DNA from: a virus
IMG/VR virus record: IMGVR_UViG_3300028569_000030
Location: 1-64,000 of that record
Length of the DNA: 64,000 nt
Direction: 5' to 3' (one strand)
The notes beneath the pieces were generated by a model. That model did not search any database. It had not been told where the DNA came from and was given only the letters and a program-made list of their open reading frames with translations. Of this stretch, positions 27,389-38,338 are shown in pieces. How positions within the stretch are numbered: the first letter of the stretch is position 1; each line of letters begins with the position of its first letter. A program made the translations under genes and the position numbers.

Positions 27389-28345
27389 ATGTCTAGACGG
27401 ATGACTTCAGACGACCTAGTTCGTGCAGTCAGAAGTAGAGGGATGATTCCTTCGGATACTTCTACATACACAGACGAGGCGATAATCAATATTCTTAATG
27501 AAGAGATAGATGTTGGGCTACTTGACTCTATTATGTCTGTTAGCGAAGAGTATTTAGTATATAGCGAAGACATAGCTGTAATTCCAGGACAAAAAGCCTA
27601 CAAAATTCCATATAGAGCAGTGGGAAACAAACTAAGAGACGTGTTTATAGTAGATTCAAGCACTTCATTATATGAGTGTACTAGAATTTCTATTGAAGAA
27701 ATAGCGCAATACTCTGGAAATACTAGCTCTTTTTCAGGACGATTGTTTGGATTTTACGTTCAAAATGATTCAATTATATTCCCTAATGCAAGCATAGATT
27801 CATATACTACAATTAGAATGTATTTTTATTTACGCCCTAATAAACTAGTACTAGAAGAGCAATGCTGTCAAATAACAGCTATAGATACGTTAACTGGGAT
27901 AATATCAGTATCTACTATAGACTCAGAGTTTTCTAGTCTACCTAATGTTGATTTTATATGCAACAAATCTCCAAATAAAATAATATCATACGACGTTCCT
28001 ATTATGTCAATTAGCGCAAGCACTAATCCAAAAACTATAACATTAGATCCTTCTAATATACCAGCAGGACTAGCTGTAGGAGATTGGATCTCTCAACAAG
28101 AGGAAACTCCAATCCCAAACGTACCAACAGAATGGCATCCTGTATTAGCTCAAAGAGCTGTTGTTTATATAATGGAAGCTATTGGAGATACAGAAGGATT
28201 AACTAACTCACTTAAAAAATTAGCTCAAATGGAAAAGTCTGTGATGAAAATGACAGATAATAGAGTAGAGGGCGCACCTCAAAAAATAAAAAATAGAAAT
28301 GGTTTGCTTTCGGGAAGAAATTCATTCAGATCTAGGGGGTTCTAA
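27389..28345 (+). CDS. head-tail adaptor (tail tubular A-like)
   Basis: size, helical N-terminus, position before nozzle gene. Confidence 0.55.
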   Translation: MSRRMTSDDLVRAVRSRGMIPSDTSTYTDEAIINILNEEIDVGLLDSIMSVSEEYLVYSEDIAVIPGQKAYKIPYRAVGNKLRDVFIVDSSTSLYECTRISIEEIAQYSGNTSSFSGRLFGFYVQNDSIIFPNASIDSYTTIRMYFYLRPNKLVLEEQCCQITAIDTLTGIISVSTIDSEFSSLPNVDFICNKSPNKIISYDVPIMSISASTNPKTITLDPSNIPAGLAVGDWISQQEETPIPNVPTEWHPVLAQRAVVYIMEAIGDTEGLTNSLKKLAQMEKSVMKMTDNRVEGAPQKIKNRNGLLSGRNSFRSRGF

Positions 28346-31300
28346 TGCCCAGTTCAAATTTACTAACCTGTGTAGGTTTAGTAACATACACCTCAGAAAC
28401 TAATGCTCCTGAAGGATCGTTAGTTATTGCAGATAACGTAAATATAGATGAGCCTAATGTCATTACTCCTCGTAGAGGGTTTGACGACTTTTTAAGCACT
28501 ATATCTCTTTTAGATGATACTAAAAGACTAAAGCAAATAATACAATATAAGAATAAAATAATAAGACATTGGGATGATCATTTAGAATATGAAGACGGAA
28601 CTACGTTCTCTCAATTCTCTGGAAATTTTTCTGAGCTTCAAGCTGGCTTAAGAATAAAAGCAAAAGAATCAAATAGTAACTTATATATAACAACTTCTGA
28701 TGGCATAAAGAAAATATCTGCTACAGATTCTTCAGATTTTACTACTTCTGCCGACTATATAGTATCAGCAGGTGCAGCAAAAGCCACAGACTTGTTTGCT
28801 AAGATAGTTCCAAGTTCTGGTGGATTTCTTCCTCCTCAATCAAAAGTAGCATACAGATGTCTATTTGGATACAAAGATGCTAATAGTAATTTGTTATTAG
28901 GCACTCCAAGTTCTAGATATATTTTATCAAATACTAGTTCTGATTTATCAGTTCCTGAACAAGATACTCTAACTATAACAGGCACCACATTCTCTGCAAA
29001 CGATTATATTCTATTTAATTCCACTACAACTAGCTACTATCTTTGGTTTGATACAACTGGTTCATCAAATATACCAGTCACTAATGATACAGTAGGAAAG
29101 ACCGCAATTAGAGTTATTTTAAATGGTTATACTGGATCAGCTAGTCAAATAGCAGCAAAAATAGCAGAGAGCATATCTTCTTCTAGTACAGAATTTGTAG
29201 TGTCGTCAAATTCCAATATAGTAACTATAGAAAATACAAAGGGTGGAAATGTTACTGATATTTCTACTGGATCATCAGGAGTTTTTAGTAGTAATATCAC
29301 AGTAGCTACATCGGTTTCCGGACTAATTGTTGAAGCTAGTGCGGCTAATGGACAGATAGAAGCAATTATCCCTACTGGAGTAGATACTAGTTATTTTTTC
29401 CAACTATATAGAAGCTCGATAATTACCGCAGCAGACGGAGTTAATGTAGATGAAATATCTCCAGACGATGAATTACAATTAGTTTACGAAACTCCTATCA
29501 CTGCATCCAATATAACATCTGGAACTATAATAGTTTTAGATAGTACTCCAGAATCTTTTAGAGAGTCTGGACTTCCTTTATATACGAATGCACAAACAGG
29601 TGAAACTATATTACAGTCTAATGACAGGCCTCCAGTAGCTACTGATTTAGAGTCGTTTAGAAACTCTATGTTCTACTCTAATACTTCTATAGCTCACAAA
29701 CTAAACTCTACATTATTATCAGTAGATGATTTTATATCAGAATCTACCCAATTTTATGTTGGAGATAGTTCTGGAATACAAAGTTACACATTTAGAGGAT
29801 CTAAAGAAACATTTGAACTAACTCCAGCTAGAAAATCTAGAACTGTTGGTGGGTCTTATTTAAATTTATACTCTGCTAATAATTTAGTAGATTATTATAT
29901 GTGGTTATACAAAGGGGCTTTTACTTTATCCTTTAACTCTACCGCAGATGTTAACGCTGCAACAGATGAAATAACAATACCATCTCACGGACTAGAAACA
30001 AATGATGCTGTTGTTGCAGGCGGAACTACTCCAGGAGGAATAACTTCTGGAACTACTTATTACGCAATTAGAATTAGCGATAATATAATACAACTAAGTG
30101 CTACCGTAAACGGATCGGCTGTGAATATAGCCACTGCAATCGGTACAGGGACTCTTTTTCATGAGGCGGTAGATCCTGCAATAGCCGGTAAAGTCGGAAT
30201 TAGGGTCGATCTATCGCTTTACCCTGACTCTTTAGCCGGAACTAAAGAAGCTATAATTGATTCTTTTTTGGAAATTACTGATTTTTCTGTATCAGATACA
30301 GTTACTACTGCATTATTGTTTACGTTGTCCTATAATGGAGATGCTAAATTACCAACATTCAGCACCCCTACTCCTGGATCTCAATGGAGTTTAGTGGTTA
30401 CTAACGAAGGAAGAGGAGAGACTAGAAGAGGATCTATTACAGCTCTAGCTCTTACAAATCCAGTTCAAATAACTGCTGCCAATCATGGATTAGAAACTGG
30501 AGATTCTGTAACACTATCTTTAAGTACTATAATTGCTCTTAATGGTAATCATACCATAACTGTCATAGATCCTAATACTTTTAGCGTAGTATATAACAAC
30601 ACACTAGGATCTACTGATACTGGATCATATAGAGAAGTTACTAATTTTGTGTACTTATCTAACTATCCATCTATTTCCCAAGCTATAGAAGAAACGGCTA
30701 AATCATTAATTAAAATGATAAATTTAAACCAAAGCTCTTCTATTATAGGATTCTACACATCAGGAGCTGATGATCTTCCTGGCAAAATGTTATTTGAAAA
30801 AAAATCTCTGGAAGATGAATCTTTTTATATAGCAATAAGTAGCTCTTCTTTATCTGGAGAATTTAATCCAGATATTCCGGCAATAGCGTCAGTATCAACT
30901 GTTACCTTTAGTGCTGGATCTGGGTCTGCTGCAAAAATTACAACTCCGTCTCCCAACGGACTATCATCAAACTCTTATTTATACGTATCTAGTCCTAATA
31001 CTACTCCATCATTTGCTGGAAAATATAAAATAACTGTATTATCTCCTACAGCTTACACTGTTCCTGTCAATATTACCGGACAAGATTTAGTAGGTACTAG
31101 TTGTTTCTATTACTTAGCTACTCAAGAATCTAGTAATGAGAAGTCTATAAATAGATTATATTTTTCTAAGTTTGGAATACCGGAAGCTGTTCCGTATTCT
31201 AATTATATAGACATTGGCCCAAAAGATAAAGCAATATTAAGAATATTAGCACTAAGAGATAATCTTTTTGTTATTAAAGAAGACGGTATTTATATAGTAT

Positions 31301-32676
31301 CTGGTCAAATAGCCCCTAATTTTAGTGTTAGATTACTAGATAGAAATGCTGCGGTAACTGCTCCTGATACGGCAGTAGTATTAAATAACCAAATATTTGC
31401 ACTAGCTGACCAAGGAGTCATATCTATCTCTGAGTCTGGAGCACCTATTATATCTAGATTGATTGAAGATAAAATAAAAGCAGTAACTAATAATAGATTT
31501 AATTATAAGTCTTTATCTTTTGGAGTAGGGTACGAAACTGATAGGGCTTATATAATTTGGCTACCTACAAAAACTACTGATGAAGTATCTACACAATGTT
31601 ACAGATATAATATATTTGAAAAAACTTGGACTAGATGGACAAAATCAGCTACTTGTGTGTTAGTAAAAGATGAAGATGATAAATTATATCTTGGAGCAGG
31701 GGATAGGGCTTTTATCCAACAAGAAAGAAAATCAAATGATAGAACTGATTATGCAGATAGATCTATTTTAAAAGCAGTCTCTACAAATGGGTACAATCCT
31801 ACGGATAGAACTATAATTTTAAATAGTGTTTTAGATGTGGAAGTTGGAGATGTTATCCTACAGGAACAAACAGTAACTATTAGTATATACAATAGACTAT
31901 TAAGAAAGTTAGATATTGATGGTGGAGTTGGGGATGCTAATTACGAAACCACTCTCTTAATGAACTCTGGAGATAATTTAGCAAGTAAATTAAATATGCT
32001 AAATGCTAAGCTATATGTCGATATAGGGAGTCCTATAGACAATTCTAGAGTGTTTACTAATGATTTTGAAGCTATGAGAACGAAGTATAATGATCTAATA
32101 GATGAGCTTAATGATATCTCAGCCTCTACTCTTTTTAAGAATTACAAAAAAATAGAAACAGAGGAGGACTATCCAACTCCTTATGAAGCTATTATTATAG
32201 AAGTGACTAAATCTATAAATAAGGTTAAAATAAGTCTACCTGCTGCTTTTGTAGAAGGTGAATTGACAATTTACAAAAACATAAAGAATGTAATTCAATG
32301 GTCTCCATTACATTACGGAAACCCTATGGCATTTAAACAAGTAAATACCGCTACTTGTATATTTGATCAGAATAATTTTTATAGCGCAACTATGTCTTTT
32401 AGCTCTGACTTATCTCAGTCATTTGTTGAGATTCCTTTTTACGGAAAAGGCTTAGGGTATTGGGGATATGGAACTTGGGGAGATGTTAACCTATACTGGG
32501 GCGGTAATGGTAATGATGTTCCTTATAGAGACTTTGTTCCACAAGAAAAGCAAAGATGTAGATATTTAAATGTTAAATTTTCCCATGTCAATTCTAGAGA
32601 ATATTGGAGAATATTGGGTATTTCATCAAATGTTAGGCCGTACTCTGACAGAGCATATAAGAGTGTTAGGGGGTAG
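28345..32676 (+). CDS. tail nozzle / stabilisation protein (P22 gp10/T7 gp12-like) with inserted beta domains
   Basis: NVNID...PRRG N-terminus, RLYFSK, LFVIKEDGIY propeller-like strands, IT...HGLETGD (FCCH-like) inserts. Confidence 0.65.
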   Translation: MPSSNLLTCVGLVTYTSETNAPEGSLVIADNVNIDEPNVITPRRGFDDFLSTISLLDDTKRLKQIIQYKNKIIRHWDDHLEYEDGTTFSQFSGNFSELQAGLRIKAKESNSNLYITTSDGIKKISATDSSDFTTSADYIVSAGAAKATDLFAKIVPSSGGFLPPQSKVAYRCLFGYKDANSNLLLGTPSSRYILSNTSSDLSVPEQDTLTITGTTFSANDYILFNSTTTSYYLWFDTTGSSNIPVTNDTVGKTAIRVILNGYTGSASQIAAKIAESISSSSTEFVVSSNSNIVTIENTKGGNVTDISTGSSGVFSSNITVATSVSGLIVEASAANGQIEAIIPTGVDTSYFFQLYRSSIITAADGVNVDEISPDDELQLVYETPITASNITSGTIIVLDSTPESFRESGLPLYTNAQTGETILQSNDRPPVATDLESFRNSMFYSNTSIAHKLNSTLLSVDDFISESTQFYVGDSSGIQSYTFRGSKETFELTPARKSRTVGGSYLNLYSANNLVDYYMWLYKGAFTLSFNSTADVNAATDEITIPSHGLETNDAVVAGGTTPGGITSGTTYYAIRISDNIIQLSATVNGSAVNIATAIGTGTLFHEAVDPAIAGKVGIRVDLSLYPDSLAGTKEAIIDSFLEITDFSVSDTVTTALLFTLSYNGDAKLPTFSTPTPGSQWSLVVTNEGRGETRRGSITALALTNPVQITAANHGLETGDSVTLSLSTIIALNGNHTITVIDPNTFSVVYNNTLGSTDTGSYREVTNFVYLSNYPSISQAIEETAKSLIKMINLNQSSSIIGFYTSGADDLPGKMLFEKKSLEDESFYIAISSSSLSGEFNPDIPAIASVSTVTFSAGSGSAAKITTPSPNGLSSNSYLYVSSPNTTPSFAGKYKITVLSPTAYTVPVNITGQDLVGTSCFYYLATQESSNEKSINRLYFSKFGIPEAVPYSNYIDIGPKDKAILRILALRDNLFVIKEDGIYIVSGQIAPNFSVRLLDRNAAVTAPDTAVVLNNQIFALADQGVISISESGAPIISRLIEDKIKAVTNNRFNYKSLSFGVGYETDRAYIIWLPTKTTDEVSTQCYRYNIFEKTWTRWTKSATCVLVKDEDDKLYLGAGDRAFIQQERKSNDRTDYADRSILKAVSTNGYNPTDRTIILNSVLDVEVGDVILQEQTVTISIYNRLLRKLDIDGGVGDANYETTLLMNSGDNLASKLNMLNAKLYVDIGSPIDNSRVFTNDFEAMRTKYNDLIDELNDISASTLFKNYKKIETEEDYPTPYEAIIIEVTKSINKVKISLPAAFVEGELTIYKNIKNVIQWSPLHYGNPMAFKQVNTATCIFDQNNFYSATMSFSSDLSQSFVEIPFYGKGLGYWGYGTWGDVNLYWGGNGNDVPYRDFVPQEKQRCRYLNVKFSHVNSREYWRILGISSNVRPYSDRAYKSVRG

Positions 32677-32678
32677 TA

Positions 32679-33086
32679 ATGAGGATGTATAGCAAATTAA
32701 AGATAAGTGCTGAGGACTACCCAGATGAGTTTCAAGAAGCAATCGGGATATTAGCAGATACATATAATCCATTTGTAGACGAGTTAGAGACTATTTTAAA
32801 TGGGAATATAGATTTTGAAAACCTAAATCAAATAACTTTCCAAATAGAAATTACTGTAGATTCTACAGGAAAGCCTATTTCTGGAGGAAAAGCTACTCTT
32901 TCTGGAAAGAATCAGCCTTTGGGATTGCAGGTTATAAAAGCACAAAACTTAACTAGTTCCAATACTTATCCGACTAGCCAGCCGTTTATAAGCTATACTC
33001 CGTCTGGAACAGGTATTATACAGTTTAATAATATCAGTGGTTTACAAGCTAATAATAAATATAGATTAACCATAATAGCCTACTAG
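32679..33086 (+). CDS. hypothetical tail protein
   Basis: position after nozzle gene. Confidence 0.5.
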   Translation: MRMYSKLKISAEDYPDEFQEAIGILADTYNPFVDELETILNGNIDFENLNQITFQIEITVDSTGKPISGGKATLSGKNQPLGLQVIKAQNLTSSNTYPTSQPFISYTPSGTGIIQFNNISGLQANNKYRLTIIAY

Positions 33087-33089
33087 GAT

Positions 33090-33104
33090 TTAACAACTTA
33101 ATAT
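33090..33104 (+). promoter_or_regulatory. putative late promoter abutting ATG
   Basis: TTAACAACTTA-ATAT-ATG. Confidence 0.75.
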
Positions 33105-35807
33105 ATGGCATACTTACAAAACGACGCAAAAAAATTATTAAATAAAGTAGCTAATTCTCAAGTTTTGAGTCAACAAGCTGCACAACAGCCAAACCAAGAT
33201 CCCAATCAACCTCAACAAGAAATTCCTAGTAACCAAGGAATTAGTGGATCACAGCCTATTGGACAACAGATTCAACCATCTGCCCCAAAAGCTCCCACTG
33301 CTTCTGGAGCATTTACTAATATTCAACAATATGCTCAAAAAAACGTGAAAGCTGGAGCTAATTTAGCCGGAGCTGTTCAACAGGGACTACAGACTGCTGC
33401 TGACGTTACTAAGAAGAATATAGACCAAACTGGACAAAAGTTTAATACTGAAGTAGAAGCTGGGTCTTTGCAAAACAGAGGTACGGCTCAATCTGAGATA
33501 CAGAAAGCAACATTAACGGCTGCTGGTGGAGTTCAAGATCCTACAGCTCAAGCTAAGCAACTAGCAGAACAACAAGCACAGTATAAGCAACTAGTCCCAA
33601 CTTATGATCCTAAAATTAAAGCTCAACAAGCTCTTTTAGACGAAGCCAATAAAAAACAAGCTCAATATAATGATTATACAAAAGCCAAAGCAGTAATAGA
33701 AGACGTTAAGAAGTATTTTTCTCAGACTAATACGGAAAATGCTTACGGAACTATTAATCGACTTAAAGATTTAAAGGGTAATCAATTTGCCGATACATAT
33801 AGTAGAAATCCTTTATTACCAACTTCTAAAGCCACAGTTCTTCAGAATGCTCTAGATAGTATATATGGAAAAGGAAAAGTTAGTATATATGGAAAAGGTA
33901 AGCAGTATTTTGACTTAACAAAAGCACTAAAAGATCCTAAGTTTGCTAATAAGTATTATGCTAGTGTTTTGGGACAAGTGGGATTTAAAAATAAAGAACT
34001 ACTTGCAGATTACAACACTGCTCCAGTTATCGGTAAGAATGGAAAAATAGTACAAGCAGCAACTGCTACTCCAAAATATACAGACCAAACAAAGCAACTT
34101 ACCGATTATAATACCGCTATAGCTCAATTAAATGCTGAAAAGAAATCAAACGAAGCGCTCTCTACATTTGCCCCAAGATCAGTTGATGTTCCTGCACTAC
34201 TAGCACAAGCATCTTCTTATACTGGAGATGTGTCTGACCAGCGAGTAAAGGACATTTTAAATGCTGCTTACAAAGGTCCAGAAGCTTTATACGAAATTAA
34301 AGGGTATGATGAGACTCTAGAGAAAGCTAGGCAAGCAGATAGAAAACTAGGAATGGTTGATAGATCTGGAGTAAAAAGTAATTTACTTCAGGATATATTT
34401 AGTAAACCAGAAAGATCCTATACTAGAGGAAGCAGGAATTTAGATTCTGCCATACTAGGACAATCTGGAAAATTAGGCGATATATTACAAACTAAAAAAG
34501 ATATTGGAAATGTGTCAGATGTTTTGACTGCTAGAGAACAAGCAGCTAGAGGATTATCAGGAGAAAGAACTTCTGAGATAGATTCTATAAGAGAAAAGTC
34601 TAAAGGCAGTTTACAAGATATTGCTAAAGCTAGAGATACTCAAATAGAGTCCAGGTTGGAGAATGTTGTTAAGGATTGGGATAAACTTCCTACTTACTTA
34701 AGAACAAGGCTAAAAGAAGGTCTAAAGAGTGGTGGAGCAGGGATTGAGCTTTCTGGAGCTGAACTATCTTTACTTGGTGCTTCTGGTGGGGAAGGTCTAT
34801 ATAATGCTATTAGTAAAGCTGGGATAAATAATGTTATAAAAACTACAGCCGCTTCTAAAGATAGATTAATAGGTAAAGATGAACAGTCTCAGTTAGCTAG
34901 ATTACAAGAATTAGCTAAAATGAGCGAAGATTATGGTACTGCTGGCCAACCACTTAATTACGCCAATAAATATAGTAGAGCTAACAGAGCAGGGACTCAA
35001 ACGTCGTTGGACGCATTTGATAGAGAGAATTTTTCCGCCCTTCAAAAACAAGAAGAAGATAAGTTTATGAAAGCTGCTAAAGCGGCTAATATTGCAGTTA
35101 CAGGCAGAGGAGAAGAGTCTACTGAAGGTGGATACTTTAGTAGTGATACTATTTCTTATGCAAAAAGAGATGCTAATGCTAAGATTAAAGACGTACTAAA
35201 GAAAATGGGATATAAGTCAGATTATATAGACTCTGCTGAAGGAAAAGATTTTGCAAAAGCACTAGCAGGATCGATGAATATGGGACATGGGGAAACGGAA
35301 GATGAGATAAATAATTTAATAGCTACTAGAGTTAGTGCTCCACAAGCTAACGCTAATTTTAAAAACATAGCAAATAATCCAATAAGCTATTTAAGTCCTG
35401 CAAATGGGTTTGGAACATTTAGCACTCCTGCTATAGCCGCTGCAACTGCTGGTCTTATTCCAAAAATTATGGGAAATAAAGCAGTATCAAATGCTGTTGG
35501 AAATGTTTTTGGTAAAGATACTGGACATGCTCAAGGTGTTGCTGCACAAAGAGCAGAAGCAGATGCAAAAAAGAAGCTACAAGCTGGAGTAGAGAAGTGG
35601 TTTAAAGATCAGGGATTTAGCAATAGATTAGTCCAAAATTCTTCTGATGCTAATACCTTAGCTCGTATGCCAGAATTAGCAAGGATATTAGCTGGACTAG
35701 ATCTAACAAACTCTAATCCCACTGCTATACCTGCTCAAAATCAATCGAATCAAGCAAACAATACTAATGATATTATAACTAAACTACTAAAATCTAACAG
35801 GAAATAA
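33105..35807 (+). CDS. probable internal virion / ejection protein
   Basis: 900 aa, Q/A/K-rich helical, podovirus position. Confidence 0.6.
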   Translation: MAYLQNDAKKLLNKVANSQVLSQQAAQQPNQDPNQPQQEIPSNQGISGSQPIGQQIQPSAPKAPTASGAFTNIQQYAQKNVKAGANLAGAVQQGLQTAADVTKKNIDQTGQKFNTEVEAGSLQNRGTAQSEIQKATLTAAGGVQDPTAQAKQLAEQQAQYKQLVPTYDPKIKAQQALLDEANKKQAQYNDYTKAKAVIEDVKKYFSQTNTENAYGTINRLKDLKGNQFADTYSRNPLLPTSKATVLQNALDSIYGKGKVSIYGKGKQYFDLTKALKDPKFANKYYASVLGQVGFKNKELLADYNTAPVIGKNGKIVQAATATPKYTDQTKQLTDYNTAIAQLNAEKKSNEALSTFAPRSVDVPALLAQASSYTGDVSDQRVKDILNAAYKGPEALYEIKGYDETLEKARQADRKLGMVDRSGVKSNLLQDIFSKPERSYTRGSRNLDSAILGQSGKLGDILQTKKDIGNVSDVLTAREQAARGLSGERTSEIDSIREKSKGSLQDIAKARDTQIESRLENVVKDWDKLPTYLRTRLKEGLKSGGAGIELSGAELSLLGASGGEGLYNAISKAGINNVIKTTAASKDRLIGKDEQSQLARLQELAKMSEDYGTAGQPLNYANKYSRANRAGTQTSLDAFDRENFSALQKQEEDKFMKAAKAANIAVTGRGEESTEGGYFSSDTISYAKRDANAKIKDVLKKMGYKSDYIDSAEGKDFAKALAGSMNMGHGETEDEINNLIATRVSAPQANANFKNIANNPISYLSPANGFGTFSTPAIAAATAGLIPKIMGNKAVSNAVGNVFGKDTGHAQGVAAQRAEADAKKKLQAGVEKWFKDQGFSNRLVQNSSDANTLARMPELARILAGLDLTNSNPTAIPAQNQSNQANNTNDIITKLLKSNRK

Positions 35808-35810
35808 AAT

Positions 35811-36857
35811 ATGGCTGTTCCTTTAATCGCTGCTGGTGCCTTAATGGCAGCAAAAATGGGCTCTGACTACATGGCAGGGCACGCAGCAAAAGACGCTGCT
35901 CAAGCTGCTGCTGATGCTAAACATCTTGCTATGTTAGAAGCTAAAAAGTTAGTTGAAGCTGTTGGAATACCAGAAGTAGAGGCTTTAAAAATAGTATTAG
36001 CTAAACCAGAATATGAAAATTTAGATTTTAGTCCAGAGCTACTTGGACAATCAGCTCAAGAAGATATTGCACCAGATGCATTAACTGAATCAACTAGAAA
36101 AAAAGCATTACTTAATTTAATACAAAGATCTGAGCAAGGATTATCTCCTCTTGACTTAGATATGGCTAGACAGATACAAGACCAAGGAGCTGCAAAAACA
36201 ATAGCTGCTGGTAAGGCTATGCAAAATAGTTTAGCTCAGCAAGGAATTAATCCATCTAGCGGATTATCTCAAATGCAAGCTCTATTATCCTCTCAATCTG
36301 CTGCAAACAATGCTGCACAGGATTCTAGATCATTATTGAGAGATGCTTATGCTAATAGAATATCTGCTCAAGAAGCTGCTGGAAGAATGGCGGAAAGTCA
36401 AGGATCTACTGATTATAGTAGAAAGTTAAATAAAGCTAATAGAAAAGACACTATTTCAGAAATTAACCAAAAATACAGTAACCAAGCTAAAGATGCTAGT
36501 AGATCGTTTAACATAGAGACGGCTAGACAAGAAGCTGATAGAAAAAATAAAGAACAGCTTTACAATAAAGATATTTTGGTAGATGATTATGGTAGACAAT
36601 TAGCTAGAGCAGAGACTATGGGTAATTTTGCTCTTGGCCAAGGAAATAATGCTGCAAATATTGCGGTACAACGTGGACAAGGTAAAGCTGATATGTATAG
36701 AGGAATTGGAAAGGCTGCTGGATCTCTTGCTGGAATAGCGGGAGGGATGTATAATCCCAATGCTGACGCTCTTACAGCAGGATTAGGGGGCGCTAAACCA
36801 AAACCAGCATCACAAATTTACGATTACAATTCTGACGATGATGGTGAATGGTCGTAA
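35811..36857 (+). CDS. probable ejection (pilot-like) protein
   Basis: hydrophobic Ala/Gly N-terminus, Ala/Gln-rich helices. Confidence 0.6.
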   Translation: MAVPLIAAGALMAAKMGSDYMAGHAAKDAAQAAADAKHLAMLEAKKLVEAVGIPEVEALKIVLAKPEYENLDFSPELLGQSAQEDIAPDALTESTRKKALLNLIQRSEQGLSPLDLDMARQIQDQGAAKTIAAGKAMQNSLAQQGINPSSGLSQMQALLSSQSAANNAAQDSRSLLRDAYANRISAQEAAGRMAESQGSTDYSRKLNKANRKDTISEINQKYSNQAKDASRSFNIETARQEADRKNKEQLYNKDILVDDYGRQLARAETMGNFALGQGNNAANIAVQRGQGKADMYRGIGKAAGSLAGIAGGMYNPNADALTAGLGGAKPKPASQIYDYNSDDDGEWS

Positions 36858-36884
36858 CTAAGGCTTTAAAAATAGGATATAGCA

Positions 36885-38336
36885 ATGGTAAATGAATATC
36901 AAAAACTACTAGATCAATGGAATAGCTTAGGAGGTAAAAAACAACTACCTTCTGAAACCTTATTGCCAGATCCAAATGCATATGATACTCCAATGGAACA
37001 ACAGCTACCAGATCAAACTTCTAATTTAGGAAATTCTAATAATTACGAAGATTTACTAAACAACTGGAATAGTTTATTAGGGACTAACTCAGCTCCTGCG
37101 TTACCTGATCCAAATAATCCCCAAATTCCTGAGCTAGAGCAACAGCCTATAGAAAATCCACCTACTATAGGATTACAAAATCCAGAATCATTTCCTATAA
37201 TAGAAAAAGATCTGGCTTCAGACTCTACTCAATCATTAGTACAAGAACCTACTAAACAAAGCGAATACGAAAGATTAATGGGAGAGTATGAAAAATATCT
37301 AACAGATAGCGATGCTCAATTAAAAGCAGCTCAAGAACAGAAATCTAGTAGCGATATGATAACTAATGTGATAAATGCGCTTGGACATGCATCTACCGGA
37401 TTAGCTAATAGAGGCGGAACTGGTAGATATGAGCACAAGGATATAGATTTCCAAAATAAAGACTTAGTAAATAATGTTAGTCAATCCATAGGATTAATGG
37501 GCAAGAAGTTTGATAAGATTGATGATTTTACAAAACTAGGAAGAGAAGCTGATTTACATAATCCAAACAGTGAGCAGTCTGTAGCTGCTAGAAAAATGAT
37601 TGAAGCTAATTTCCCAGATTTAAAAACTCAATACGGAGCTGGTTGGGAAAAAATGACCGCAGCATCTTTTGATGATATATTTAAGGTACTTAGCCTTAAA
37701 GAAAATACTGATGCTAGAAAAGAGGCAGCAATCTCTCTATCTGGAGAAAGAGCTTTAGCTAAGAAAGAAAAAGATAATGAAAAACTAGAATTGCTAAAAA
37801 CTCCTTACGGAATAGCTAGAACTAATGATGATGCTAAAAAACTAAAAGAAGCTGCTCAAAACAAAGATGATTTTGATACTTTATTAAGTGAAGCAATAGC
37901 ACTAAGAGAGAAGCATGGCGGTGGGCAAGTGCTTAATAGAGATGATCAGAAGATAGCAGATGGGCTATCAGCAGATCTATTAGCAAAATATAAAAGCTTA
38001 ATTAAATTAGGTGTTTTAAGTGCAACCGACTATAAACTCTTAGATTCTATTGTTCCTAAAGACGTTTTAGGATATAATAATCCTGTTGCTGCTATACAAG
38101 GACAAGATCCAATACTGGCGCAATTACAAGCTCTTAAAGGTAGAGTAGATACTCAATTTCAATATAGCATACCTCTAAGAATACGAGAAGGAGTTCAGAC
38201 TGATGTATTTGAAAAAGAACCGAAAGAGTCTGAAAAATCTGCTATTAGCCAGGAAGATAAGGAAGCAATTGATTGGGCTAATAAAAATCCAAAAGATCCT
38301 AGAGCTAAACAAATACTTCAGTTACATGGGATGTAA
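36885..38336 (+). CDS. probable ejection protein
   Basis: duplicated Y..LL..WNSL.G...LPDPN N-terminal unit; helical. Confidence 0.55.
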   Translation: MVNEYQKLLDQWNSLGGKKQLPSETLLPDPNAYDTPMEQQLPDQTSNLGNSNNYEDLLNNWNSLLGTNSAPALPDPNNPQIPELEQQPIENPPTIGLQNPESFPIIEKDLASDSTQSLVQEPTKQSEYERLMGEYEKYLTDSDAQLKAAQEQKSSSDMITNVINALGHASTGLANRGGTGRYEHKDIDFQNKDLVNNVSQSIGLMGKKFDKIDDFTKLGREADLHNPNSEQSVAARKMIEANFPDLKTQYGAGWEKMTAASFDDIFKVLSLKENTDARKEAAISLSGERALAKKEKDNEKLELLKTPYGIARTNDDAKKLKEAAQNKDDFDTLLSEAIALREKHGGGQVLNRDDQKIADGLSADLLAKYKSLIKLGVLSATDYKLLDSIVPKDVLGYNNPVAAIQGQDPILAQLQALKGRVDTQFQYSIPLRIREGVQTDVFEKEPKESEKSAISQEDKEAIDWANKNPKDPRAKQILQLHGM

Positions 38337-38338
38337 TA

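Noticed and set aside
33858-33900. 24-nt tandem duplication (SIYGKGK twice)
   Set aside because: Single short in-frame duplication with no evidence of function
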